64,000 nt of DNA from Okamejei kenojei. Taxonomy: Eukaryota. Location of the stretch: assembly GCA_035221665.1 (NCBI GenBank), contig CM069132.1:67828001-67892000 (forward strand), in the 5' to 3' direction. Position 1 is the first letter of the stretch. Each line of letters starts with the position of its first letter. Under the pieces are notes generated by a model. It was not told the origin of the DNA. It saw only the letters and a program-made list of their open reading frames with translations, and did not search any database. Made by a program: the position numbers and the translations under genes. Below, piece by piece: positions 1 through 11,276 of this stretch.

Positions 1-330
1 AAAATGTTCCCATTTATGGGCAAGTCCAGAAACAAGGGCCACAGTCTTAGAATAGAGGGGAGGCCATTTAAGACTGAGGTGAGAAAAATACTTTTTCACC
101 CAGAGAGTTGTGAATTTGTGGAATTTCCTGCACCAGAGGGCAGTGGAGGCCAAACCACTAGATGGATTTAAGAGAAGGTTATATAGAGCTCTAGGGGCTA
201 GTGAAATCAAGGGATATGGGGAGAAGGGAGGCACGGGTTATTGATTGGGGACAATCAGCCATGATCACAATGAATGGCGGTGCTGGCTTGAAGGGCCAAA
301 TGGCCTCCTCCTGCACCTATTTTCTATCTA
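1..330 (+). mobile_element. CR1-clade (HER1-like) LINE 3' end
   Basis: ORF2 C-terminal remnant (..RNKGHSLRIEGRPFKTEVRK..) and conserved 3' tail GAAGGGCCAAATGGCCTCCTCCTGCACCTATTTTCTAT; homologous to copies at 42293 (-), 53134 (+) and 53925 (-). Confidence 0.9.
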
Positions 331-1419
331 TCCATTTAGATAAATAGATAGACACTCTCAAATGATAAGTCTAACAAGATAGTTGAAGCCTGAGTCCACG
401 TAACTTTAAAAAAAAAAGACCTGGCATTCTTAGTCTAAATGAAACACATATAATAACCAGAAAATATTTGATACACTCAGCATGTCGAGCAGCATCTGTG
501 GAAAGAGAAAGTGTTAATATTTCAAGGCTGTGACCCTTTGTAAGGATGTTGCTGGTGTGTCTGAGATATAAATATTCTGTCTGACGGGTCAACTTTAAAA
601 CATTTTTCATACTGTATGCCCCCATTGCACTCCTTGGTTGCTAGTGCTGATCAGATCACTGGATTCCATAAGTGAGGTCCCCTCTATCAAGTAATCAAGT
701 GTCCAACCTCTGAGGCTGTGACTCTCAAAGTCCCACCCATTGATGGCCCAACTGTTAATGAACTGCACTCTGATGTTAAATGCCATATGGCCTTGGGTAT
801 GATCATCCTAAACCATACCCTGCCTTTTCTTCAACACCCCAAGATCCCCAATGCTTTCTCCACAGCAACAATGCTAGTGGAGGAAGAGCTATTGACTGAT
901 GCCTCAACAATACATGATGAAATAAAGCTGCCATGGGTGTGGACAGTACTAATTTAAAGAAATATTTTTGACATAAGCATTCCTGGGCCATTGGCACTAC
1001 AGGATAAAATTTCCAACAACTCTCTTATATTTCCAAATATGAAGCACAACATATTTAACTAACCGTGCTGCAATTATCAACATTATAATATTTTTTAAAT
1101 GGAAATTGGAACAATATTAGCAATTTTCAGTCATCTGGCATTACTTTTACATTTAATGAGTGGAAAAAAAAATGATTCTCTCTAATTTTATTGTTGTTTC
1201 TTCAAGTGCACTTAGATGCATGCCATCTGGTCTTGTTGTGTCTTAAAAAAGGACATAATCCAGATTATATTCATTGCTCTATTTTCCAAATGTTTTCCTT
1301 AAATTATCTTTACTGATTTATTTTCTCTATCTTTCTCTGTTCAAAGTATTCATTGTCTTGTTAGAAGCATAGACACCATTTAATATATTTCAATTAGATT
1401 AATTATTTAAGTGATATAT

Positions 1420-1819
1420 AACTTTGAGAGGGACAGATAAATTGCATAACTACAGTATTTTCCCCAGGGTAGAGGAGTCAAGCCCAAGGTCCAGCTAAAC
1501 ACAGACTGAAGGTGAGAAGGGACCTGAAGAGAAACCTTTTCACACAGAGGGTGGTGTGTATGTGGAACGAGCTGCCACAAAATGTTGCAGGGGTGGGTAC
1601 AATGAACTTTTTAAAGCCACTTGGTCAGATACATAAATATGAAAGATTTGGAGGGCGACACAAGGAACTGTAAATGCTAGAATTTTGTGCAAATGCTGGA
1701 TTAATTCAGTGGATCAGGCAGCAACATGGAATTTATGGGTGATGTAATATTAGTCTCCATCAGGCAACTTGGTCAGCATGGATGAGCTGGGCTGATGGGT
1801 CTGTTTCCATGCTGTATAA
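1420..1819 (+). mobile_element. Old CR1 3' fragment with a palindromic-repeat half; its tail is split by the MITE at 1820 and resumes at 3681
   Basis: CTTTTCACACAGAGGGTGGTG..TGGAACGAGCTGCCA motif; tail GGTCAGCATGGATGAGCTGGGCTGATGGGTCTGTTTCCATGCTGTA-TAA continues as TAA-CTCTGACTCT after 3680. Confidence 0.7.
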
Positions 1820-2480
1820 AACCCCTGTCTCATGGTGCGAGTTGGCCCACGAGTGACCCCGAGTTTTCACTTGTGGTGATCACGTACCAGGAACGTAGCG
1901 GCAACGTCGGGACTCGCGCGATCAACTTGTCCACTCGTGGCGCTAACGGCAGGTACCCGTGAAACTTGTGAAAAAAATCAAACATGTTTGATTTTTTCAT
2001 CAAACATCAAAAAAATCAACCATGTTTGATTTTTTCCACGAGTCAAATTCACTGTTCAAGATAAAAATTGAAACATTTTAACTCGTTTTAATAACATAGG
2101 GCCCGTGCGTTGACCTTAGTGTCTCGTGAGTCTAACGTGTTAACCCGTGGGCACTCTTAAATCGGCAGCTGGGCAGAGTAAAAATAAGGTGAGTAAAAAA
2201 AAGGTGATTTCAAAAAAGAACATGACGATTTTTCAACACGTCATCTTGCCAGAACGGGCCACATCTCCACTGATTCTAAAATTGGGATTTCTCCGGGCAT
2301 GGAGCTACTGCATTGTGGCCGGGGAGGGAAGCGGCTCGTGTGGCTACGAGCGGCCCCCATCACCGGACAGCGGAACCGACTGTCATCTCAGCAGCTTCTG
2401 CCGGCCCGCCCACCTCTGGCAGTGCTCTCCGTCTGAACAGTGAGGGGACCAGCTCAAGAGCAAAGGTCATAGAGCGGAGT

Positions 2481-2627
2481 GGGTCAGCGGGTGATGGGTA
2501 ACATCACAGCGGGCGGTGGAGCTTACTCCTGTGTCAGAGCGATCAAGGGATCAATTGAGGTTACTTGCACTGACATATGGAGTAAGCTCCACCGCCCGCT
2601 GTCCTGTTATCCATCGCCTGCTGACCC
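2481..2627. repeat. Inverted repeat (~57-bp arms) inside MITE cargo
   Basis: GGGTCAGCGGGTGATGGGTAACATCACAGCGGGCGGTGGAGCTTACTCC pairs with GGAGTAAGCTCCACCGCCCGCTGTCCTGTTATCCATCGCCTGCTGACCC. Confidence 0.9.
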
Positions 2628-2874
2628 GTTCTTGTGCTGGATGACCCTCTCCCCAGAGCCCCTGCCTGTCCCGCTGAGCCACCACAGACAGGGAGTTGAA
2701 CGTAGACACAGGGGGGGTCCACCTTCAACTTCAGAACCAAACAAAAAACACAGAGTGCTGGAGGAACTCAGCGGGCAAGGCAGCACCCGAGGAGGAAACA
2801 TATCACTTATCAGGAGCAGCCACATGCCAGGACTCCTCCCCCCAACAGAAAGGAAGTGCAGATGCAGCCATCAC

Positions 2875-3335
2875 TGTAGCATCTCTGTCCCTATCTTCCA
2901 ATTCCCACTTTGAAATAAAATAAAACTTTCGACAAAAATTTCGCAATTGTTATGTAATGTATCTTTTAAAAAAACGACATCAACCAGGTGTGAAAATTGC
3001 ATCGATTCGATGATTGAAAATGCGTGGGAATCGACGAATCGCGATCCTGCTGCGAAATGTTTAAGTCAAAAACTGTATTTTATTTCAAAATGGGAATTTC
3101 AAGATAGGAACAGAGATGCTACACAGAGATTTTAAGCTTTTGGGTGAACTCGCACAGTGGGACAGGGCTTTAGGCAACATCTATGGAGCGAAGGAAATAG
3201 CCGGGTCTGAAGAAGGGTTTCGACCCGAAACGTTGCATATTTCCTTTGCTCCACAGATGCTGCCTAAAGCCCTGCCCCACTGTGCGACTTCACCCAAGAG
3301 CTTAAAATCTCCGTGTAGCATCTCTGTTCCTATCT
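2875..3335. repeat. Two overlapping fold-backs (2875-3123 and 3102-3335) inside MITE cargo
   Basis: TGTAGCATCTCTGT(C/T)CCTATCT occurs at ~2875 and ~3314 with its reverse complement at ~3102; arms 3102-3199 and 3238-3335 are ~98 bp with ~7 mismatches. Confidence 0.9.
3207..3234 (+). ncRNA. Minimal hammerhead-ribozyme-like core (Penelope-type), probably a relic
   Basis: CTGAAGA-A-GGGT-TTCG-ACCC-GAAA-CGTT: CUGANGA box, stem II with UUCG loop, GAAA, palindromic ACGT stem III; no convincing stem I in this copy. Confidence 0.55.
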
Positions 3336-3359
3336 ACAAATGGAAATGTAACTAAAAAT

Positions 3360-3434
3360 GTAAATTGACCCTCGTATGTAGGATGGTGCTAGTGTCGCTG
3401 GTCGGCGCGGACTTGGTGGGCCGAAGGGCCCGTT
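3360..3434 (+). mobile_element. HE1-like V-SINE 3' fragment
   Basis: TAAATTGACCCTCGTATGTAGGATGGTGCTAGTG..GGACTTGGTGGGCCGAAGGGCC, homologous to the 3' part of the SINE at 38786. Confidence 0.7.
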
Positions 3435-5727
3435 AGAAACACTGTGTCACTTTTCAGGAGAAGTTGTCAGCTCATGAGTACGTCAGTAGACGTTGTCAGC
3501 TCGGGAGACGAACTTGGTTAACTCTGGAGACGAACTTGGAACATCGCAGTAAACGGCAAAATACCATACCCGTGGGAACTCGGTTCAAACACTTGAACAT
3601 CAACTTGGGATCTCGTGCACAACCACGAGTCTGTCACTCGTGGGCACTCGTGGGTCAACTCGCACCGTGAGACAGGGCCATAACTCTGACTCTAAAAGTT
3701 GGATGGTGTATCATTCACGGTCAAATACTTTGCCTGTCTGTGTAGGTTGTGGGTTGCATCTGTGCTAAAATGTACACAAATTACATAACTAAATCTAGTC
3801 TGCTAGAGATTGTTCATACATTGGTTAGTAGGATGGCAGGCATGTCTTCAGATCACTAGTGGCTATGCCTAAATAACAGGAAAAAAAAGTTGAAGTTTAA
3901 CTCTCACGTTGACACCTTATATTAAAGCATGCAACTACTTCTTGCACTAGATAACTGTTCTTGGATCAGCAAGTCTTGTATTAACATCAGCTTTACAAGC
4001 TAGCATTCCATCTCTCGATAACTTGCAGCAAGGTCATGGATGCATTGCAAAATACCTACAATCTTCCTTGCTACTTAATGTCTCCTGGCTGCTAAAGCCA
4101 CCTTAATGACACCCTTCAAAATTATTTAAGTTCCTTGCCTTACTTTCAGTAGCTGTAATCGATCTTGCCTTAAAGAAATACATGTTGACTCTATGTAGCA
4201 TAAGCTACTCACTGTAGCAGACTACCAGTAAGCCAAGGTCTAATTTTATTGCATGTGATCCTAAGATGTTTATTAGTGCTTTGGACTCATATTTTATATT
4301 TCTGTCCAATTTTCCATTTCAACTGCACGTCAATGTCCCAAGAGGTATAATGGCAGTGAAATATTTGATAGTTAAAAGGTGGTTAGTTTTTGCTTCATTA
4401 AATTAGTGAATTGTTTACTAAATGTCTGTAGTAATGTTACAGCAGGAATCTGGAGATTCAGAATTGTACAAGTTATTTTGAGACGCAATGAGGAAATGTG
4501 ACTGGAATTTGCTGAATCCAAATCAAGTTTTGTTTCCCTTAAGTGAAATGCTGGAATGACAAAGCAGGAATCTGGAACCCATTGACGATTCGCAGACCAA
4601 AAACACTCACACTTGTTTGGCACATTTTATATCTGACAAGAAACAAGAATCACTTATATTGTGTTGCCTGCCAGTGGCTCCATTAGAGGCAATTGCTTAC
4701 TTTTCAAAGACACACAGTGCGCGGTGTAATTCCATTTTCTGACCGCAGGAAAGGGAAATTAAATAATGAAATGTTAGAAATAACAAAAAAGAATGCCTTT
4801 CTGCTCTGCTACATTTCTGAGCATACTTGTTCATCCGTGCAAGCAATAGGCTGCCCCAGAAAAAAGGGAGCACAACCATCAACAAAAGAATGGCACTACC
4901 CCTGAATGCACCAAGTAGCAAATATAGTCAGTTATCGGGATCCAATAAGCCAGTTTCTTTCCCTTTTCAAGTGGAACTACTTCCCTCACCTTGAAAGGCC
5001 CTGACCAGCTATTTTTATAGTTGGAAAACTGAGCTCTACACTCCGAAAACCCATTGATTGCAGGCAGAATTGTTGTCTGCATTGCGGGTTGTGGGAGCTG
5101 TGCAAAGGCCTGCTTTATCAAATGAAAACACTTTTAACACAAGCCAAGGGTATTATTGTTTCTCATTCAGTCACATTGTCATGGATATGAAAACAAAATG
5201 TTGAAAATCTACTTGAACGCTCTCCAGCTTCGACAGACTGAATAAAGCAATCATCTACTTCTTGCTGTTGCAGCTGAGAGGATTTTCCCAGTGAGGGAGT
5301 ATAGCATTCATGCTCTGTTTAATATATTATTGAAGACAAATGTAGTTTTATTAAAGGCCACCAACAGCCTACAAAATTACCAAAAATAACATGGCAGATT
5401 ATTTTGCTTCAACTTTTTAAGCAATATTTAAGCACAATAGTTCATAAAAGTCTGCATTGCAGCAGTCCCTTTTGGGAGACATTTGGGGATAGTTATTTGA
5501 GGTTGACTTGTTAGTTATTATGCAAGAGAATAACAGGCATTCAAAATACATTGTGGCTGGCAAAATACTTGGCTCACAAACAGTTTCTTTTGTCAGTGAA
5601 AACACAGAGAACAGCCAAGGACATTCTGTGTAATATTTGACAACTAAATGCCATGTGAAAACCAAATATATTCTTTGATGAAATTTGACTAAAACTGGAA
5701 TTGCAATGTTTAATGTAAGGTCAGGAT

Positions 5728-6811
5728 GGTACCTGGACGAAGGACGATAAGACGAAGCAAAGAAGTGGAAGCCAAATAACAGAACGGAAAGGAAGCCGAA
5801 ACGCCAAATAACCGAAAGCGTACAAATCCGAAATGCCAACTAACCGAAAGTTGGCAGCCATAGTTAAATTGCTTTTAAAACATGGGGGGGGGGGCGTGGG
5901 GGGTGGGGGCGGGGGGGGGGGGGGACCACACACAAATTCCCTGTATTAGTATTACTGTGTTTAAATAATAAATAAAACGTGCTTCTTGTTGTCGGGAGGG
6001 GGGGGGGGGGGGGGGGGGGGGGAGTGGGAGGAGATAAAATTGGTTGTTGTTATGCACACTTGTCATAAGCCCGCCAGGGAATTTGTGTCCCCCCCCCATC
6101 TTTTAAAAACAATTTACTATGGCTGCCAATGCCCCGAGCCGTCTGTCCCCGCGCCCGTGGTGGGGGGTGAATCACTCGGTGCGGTTGTCGAGGGGTGATG
6201 GTGGTGCATTGCGGTCAGTGACTCTGGGTGGGCGGTAGGATCAGCCTGTCCCACACCTCTGCTTCACCCGGCGCTGCCAACACACGGCCCATCACAGTGC
6301 GGCCGCACAGGGGAGACGAGGCGGTGGGCGGCCGTGGTCGTGGGGGAGTGGGGTGCGCTCCTTTTGCTGCTTACAACTTGGTGCTCATGTTCAGAGTGCC
6401 CAGTCACCTATGGCTTGTGTGGGAAAATGACCCCACCCTCCCATCTCCATCGGCTAGTGACGTGATGGACATGGGGGTCTGGACCAATCGCTGACATGTC
6501 CCGCTCCCCCCCACAACTTCATGTCCGTTATTTGACTTAATGGCACAGCAGCCATTCGGTGAGCTGGTTTGTAGGCAACGCAGCCTTTCGATGAGTTGGC
6601 ATTTCGGCAGTGCGGCCTTTCGGTGAGTTTGCTTTTAGGCATCCCACCTTTTCGGATGGTTTGCTTTTAGGCGTCCCACCGTTTCGGTTAGTTGGCGTTT
6701 CGGCTTCATACGCTTTTGGATATTTGTCATTTCGGCTTTGTTTCCATTCGGTTATTTGGCTTCCACTTCTTTGCTTTGGCTTCTCGTCCTTCGATGCCAC
6801 GTCCTAACACG
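5728..6811. mobile_element. MULE/foldback-like non-autonomous DNA transposon
   Basis: ~115-bp imperfect TIRs (5737-5849 vs 6682-6793) built from ~15-bp CCGAAA-periodic subrepeats; 9-bp flanking repeat GGTCAGGAT (5719-5727) / GGTAAGGAT (6812-6820); GC-rich interior with poly-G runs. Confidence 0.7.
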
Positions 6812-7074
6812 GGTAAGGATACTGAGTTGGTGGTGTTAAGGTGAGTGTCCATTATAAATCATAGCAGGTTTTTCATTGATTTCAATGGCAAGTAAAAACA
6901 GCCAGGTGTATAATAGATAGCCACACTACAATCTGTTATGACCCTAGATTATGGTGAAAGCTTTGCTCAAAAAATTAGCCATCTTTAAGCCACGAACAAA
7001 TGTTGGAAATTAAAGACAATGAAGTCTAAGTCAATATTCGTGCACCAGCTTTTGCTTGTTAAACCTTTGAGAAT

Positions 7075-7770
7075 GGGAAGAGGATTTGGGCATTCATTGC
7101 CCTTTCATCTGGCTGATCAGTATCCGTTGCCTTCTCTCCAGATCCCCTTAGCCACCAAGGGCCACATCATTGCCAATGAACTGCCTCAACTACCCTCTGA
7201 GATTACTCACCACTCTCTGCCATCTCGGTCTTAAAGGCCCCCTTATCCATAAGTAACATCGGGACAATCCAACCCTCTTAAGTTTCTATAAGATCCCCTC
7301 TTAATCTCCTAGAGAGTATAAACCGAGTCTATCCAGTCTTCTTCTTAAGACTGGCTGCACGCATTACCTTAGAACCTCCCTCTGTACTCAAATCCTTTGC
7401 TATAACATACCATTCGCACTGCTGCTGCAACTGCACCTACTTTCAATTGACTGGTGTACCTGCTCATCTCCCCTGTTCCTACGGCACCATTAAATAATAT
7501 CTGCTTTCCTGACCAGTGGAAAACCTCACTTTAATCCCATTATACTGCATTTTTGAATCACCCAGCCTATCCAAGTCACCTTGCAGTCGCGAACACTGCC
7601 CCCAGCTTAGTGTCACTTGGAGATATTCAGATGTAATTTGTTCCCAAACCCCACTAGTACACCCGTTTACTCCTCTCTTTGTTCCTGTTTGCCAGCCAGT
7701 TCTCTATCCACATCAATACTGAACCCCTAATACCGTATGCTTTAAGTTTGTATACTAATCCTATGTGATT
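7075..7770 (-). mobile_element. CR1 LINE 3' portion with many short deletions
   Basis: Colinear with 42293-43430 (e.g. TAAGTTTCTATAAGATCCCCTCT, ACTCAAATCCT, GTGGAAAACCTCAC, CCAAGTCACC) but much shorter. Confidence 0.75.
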
Positions 7771-8261
7771 AGGCTTTGGGCATCATTTCATCCCCAGGAG
7801 CAGAATTTCAATCCGCCATTCAAGGAATTTTGAGAGCATGAATGTTCCAATCAATTATGCCCCATCATCCCCCAGGAATTTCAAAAGGAGCATTGCACAG
7901 TCAAATGCCAAAGTTTATTTTTGGATTTTGCATATCCAATTTCAGATTACCCAAACAGAAACCAGGATAACGATTGTTGGTGCAGTTGGTCATAGATGCA
8001 GGTTCGGGTATTGTAAATACTGAAGCTAACTTAGGCTGTGTAAAATGGACAGCACTAATGCACATTATCTACGTTATTTAATTTGAGCTGACAATCAAGA
8101 GTTATAAAATAGGTACCTGAATCAATAGCATTGATTTCTTGCTATTGCTCAAAGTTATGGGTTTACAGTATATACCAATGAGTCTGAGCAAATATTAAGC
8201 ACCCCTTGACCATGATGTCCCATTTTTTTACTTTTTCCCCATATTCTCAACATATTACTAA

Positions 8262-8447
8262 GGGTAATTTACAGTGGCTTATTAACCTCCAACCCACATG
8301 ACTTTGCCATGTGTGAAAAAACTGGGAGCATCTAGAGGGAATTAATGTGGTCATAGGGAAAACATACAATCTCCATACAATCAGCATCATAGGTCAGGAT
8401 TGAACCTAGGTTGCCAAGACTGAAGAGCAGGTCTATTAGCTGCACCT
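8262..8447 (-). mobile_element. HE1-like V-SINE, diverged
   Basis: Reverse complement has a tRNA-like head (..GGTTCAATCCTGACC) and V-domain (GTATGGAGATTGTATGTTTTCCCTATGACCAC). Confidence 0.7.
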
Positions 8448-8489
8448 TGCTTTCATAATGCTTAGCTCACTTCACAGAGGTGACAAGGA

Positions 8490-8912
8490 ACTGGACAAGA
8501 ATATTCCCAAAGTCTCCTTAAAAACAGTGCAAAAGGTTTGAAGGTGATATCATGGTAGTGGACTGGATCGCAAACAATGATGAGACAAAGTACTGGAGGG
8601 AGTTAGAAAGCTTAGTAACACAGTAATGAGACAACTATCTCTTCCTCAATGCCAACAAAATGAAGGAGAAAGTTATTAACTACATGAAGCTTACTAGAGC
8701 GGAAATGGTTGAGAAGTTCAAGTTCCTAGGCATAAATATCCCCAGCAATCAGTCCTGGACCAAACATATTGAAGTTACAGACAAAAAAGCACACCAATTC
8801 CTCTATTTCCTCTGGAGATTTAGGAAGTTTGGCATGTCTCCATCAACTCTTAAACTTCTACAGATGCACGATAGAAAGCTTTCTATTGGGTTGCATCTCA
8901 GCTTGGTTTGGG
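8490..8912 (+). mobile_element. Rex1/Babar LINE RT C-terminal fragment, degraded
   Basis: EMVEKFKFLGINI..SWTKHI..KKAHQFLYFLWRFRKFG and NFYRCTIESFLLGCISAWFG match the Rex1 ORF at 30752. Confidence 0.8.
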
Positions 8913-9085
8913 AAAATGGTTCACTGGATATTTCTAAGGCAGAGATTGAAAGATTTTTGATTAGTATGGTTGTCAGGGGGTATGGGGAGAGAGCAGGTGA
9001 ATGGGATTGAAAGGAAAAGATAGATCAGTCATGATTGATGGTGAAGTAGAGATAATGGGCTGAATGGCCTAATTCTGCTCCAATA
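8913..9085 (+). mobile_element. CR1 LINE 3' end
   Basis: SLDISKAEIERFL..GYGERAGEW and tail GGGCTGAATGGCCTAATTCTGCTCC. Confidence 0.8.
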
Positions 9086-9959
9086 ACTCTCCATGCAACT
9101 CTCCTCCGTCGTGTACTTCGTATGGCAAAAACCCTTGGGTCCCATTTTGGGTTGTCATTCTCCCAGAACCCATAAGACTGGACCATAAGCAAGTCAGCCC
9201 TAACCCCAATGGACTGCCTAAGAAAAAAATAAGTTATCTATACATTGTACTTAGAAGAGGCATTCAAAATCTACGTTAATCAGAAGTGGAAAAAAACGTG
9301 AATAAATTACAAGGTGGATCAGGCTTTGGTCACCTTGATTCTGGAGCTTATCTGTATTTTTGAACGTTTTTGTCAACTCATAATAGAGTATACAATTTCA
9401 TTTCATGACTGTTAGTCTGCAGCATAAGGATTATAAAAACCTGCTTTTGTGAAACAATGTTAATCAACATGCCTTTGATCCTGTGTAAATATTTATGTAT
9501 TACTCATGAGAATGAATGCAATATCGTTTGATGAAACAGATTCCTTAAGCCCTTAAGTACTTGGCAGAACCTCAAATTTCTGTCATTTTTTTTATTCCAT
9601 TATGGAATCCAAGGCATGTTCCACTAGCTTTGAGTGGAATAGTGGGAGTAAAATTCTGAGCAGATATGTAACTCATTTGCCAAGTAATATTTTGCATGAA
9701 TAAAAAAATACAATTATGTGCAAGAGGATACATCTTAACTCCCTAAAACAATGGCAATCATGTCAGAGGTTTATTAAAATAATGTAAAACAATGAGCAGA
9801 GGAGCATTTTATTTAAAATTCACTGAGATTTTGATTATTCATCCAGAAGTAGAATTTTGAATCTCATCTCTGCAATGTGAAGTTTTAAGTTCAACTAATT
9901 AAATACATCTGGAACTATAATACTATGTCAGTGGAGGTATCCATGTGTTCAACTGATTT

Positions 9960-10058
9960 GGTTTGAAGAAAGATCTTGAGCCAAAACATCGCCAATTCAT
10001 TTTCTCCATAGATACCACCTGACCTACTGAGTAGTTATTCCATCACTTTGTGTTCTTT
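9960..10058 (+). repeat. Penelope-associated palindromic repeat half, degraded hammerhead-like core
   Basis: TTGAAGAAAGATCTTGAGCCAAAACATCGCCAATTCATTTTCTCCATAGAT..GTTATTCCATCACTTTGTGT. Confidence 0.6.
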
Positions 10059-10360
10059 TCTAATTTGGTTCACTCCTGTTCATAAAGAAAGGAAACCTAG
10101 CATCTTTGTCAGGTCTTAACAGCCCTCTGAGAAAGCCACCCAATTAATTCTGTTCAGATGATAACTGAGGGCTTGCTTACAATTGGTAGGTAGAATTGCA
10201 CTGAACTGTCCACTACAGGTTTTGATGGGGGCAGGATGAGGGACAGACAGTCACTCCACATGTAAGACATGGTTTGGTGTTTAAATATTATAATAATGGC
10301 AGGGCACCAAGACTTTAATTAAGGGAAGTAGGGCTGATTCCATGAGGAAAGTGGTTCTAA

Positions 10361-10861
10361 ATGGCCTGTCCCACTTGGGCAACCTAATCCGCGAGCTCTA
10401 GCGAGTTGGCTCTCGACTCATACTCGCAGCATGGTTGACACAAGTCTTCATAACTCTCCTTCATGCTCGAGAGAGGTCTCCGTGTACTCGAGGCCTCAGC
10501 TAGGTCGCGGTGTTTTTTTTTCAATATGTTAAAAAATGCCCGTAGTAAAAAAAGGTCACCATGGAAAAAATTGATGCTTTTTTTACTCGTAGGTTTAGTC
10601 GTAGTAGGTCGTAGTAGGTCGGCATATTAGTCGAAGGTAGTCGGAGATAGTCTTCATCATAGTCGAAGGGAGGTTGAACGAGGTCATCTTCACTCCCCAC
10701 TATTTGGTGTCCAATTTTCCCAACGTTAGTCGTTGCTAGTTGAAGCTGGTCTTCAACATGGTAGAAGGAGGTCTTCTACATGGTGGAAGGAGGTTTTCAA
10801 CATATAATTTTTTCACACTCTTCTAAACTCGCTAATTATGTCACCCAAGTGGGACGGCCCC
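10361..10861. mobile_element. Harbinger-type MITE (family B)
   Basis: TIRs GGCCTGTCCCACTTGGG / CCCAAGTGGGACGGCC, TAA TSD at 10358-10360 and 10862-10864, GGTCGTAGT-type internal repeats; shares GACTCATACTCGCAGCATGGTT with the 21335 element. Confidence 0.85.
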
Positions 10862-10999
10862 TAAAGCATCGGCTATTTTGGCTAGGAGAAGAAACAATGC
10901 TTCTTCCACATACAAAAAGCTAACTAGAAACCACAACCTCAGTGATCTGTCTATTCCTCCTGATCATCACTGGCCCCACATAAGAATCTCAAGTCAAGT

Positions 11000-11131
11000 C
11001 AGGAACTGCAGATGCTAGTTTATACCAAAGATAGACACAAAATGCTGGAGCAACTCAGTGGGTCAGGCAGCTTCTCTGGGAAAAATAAAACTCAATTCCT
11101 GACCCATTGAGTTACTCAAGCATTTTGTGTT
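11000..11131. repeat. Penelope-associated palindromic repeat
   Basis: ACACAAAATGCTGGAGCAACTCAGTGGGTCAGG ... CCTGACCCATTGAGTTACTCAAGCATTTTGTGT. Confidence 0.75.
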
Positions 11132-11276
11132 CATCACAAGTATGTTATCATATGCACAAGTATGGTGAGATACAGGTGAAAATGAAATATCTTGCTTCCA
11201 ACAGCATCCCAGGTAAATAGACTGAAAGAAACACACAAAATCAAATTATACATAGGATTTCTGCTAGAACGAAGAC

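Larger units (their letters stand above)
1820..3680. mobile_element. PIF/Harbinger-type non-autonomous DNA transposon (family A, copy 1)
   Basis: ~34-bp TIRs (CCCTGTCTCATGGTGCGAGTTGGCCCACGAGTG / CACTCGTGGGTCAACTCGCACCGTGAGACAGGG), TAA target duplication at 1817-1819 and 3681-3683; ends homologous to 22404-24677. Confidence 0.85.

Noticed and set aside
5721-6807. Several short Pro/Gly- and Lys-rich ORFs
   Set aside because: They arise from poly-G tracts and TIR subrepeats of a non-autonomous transposon
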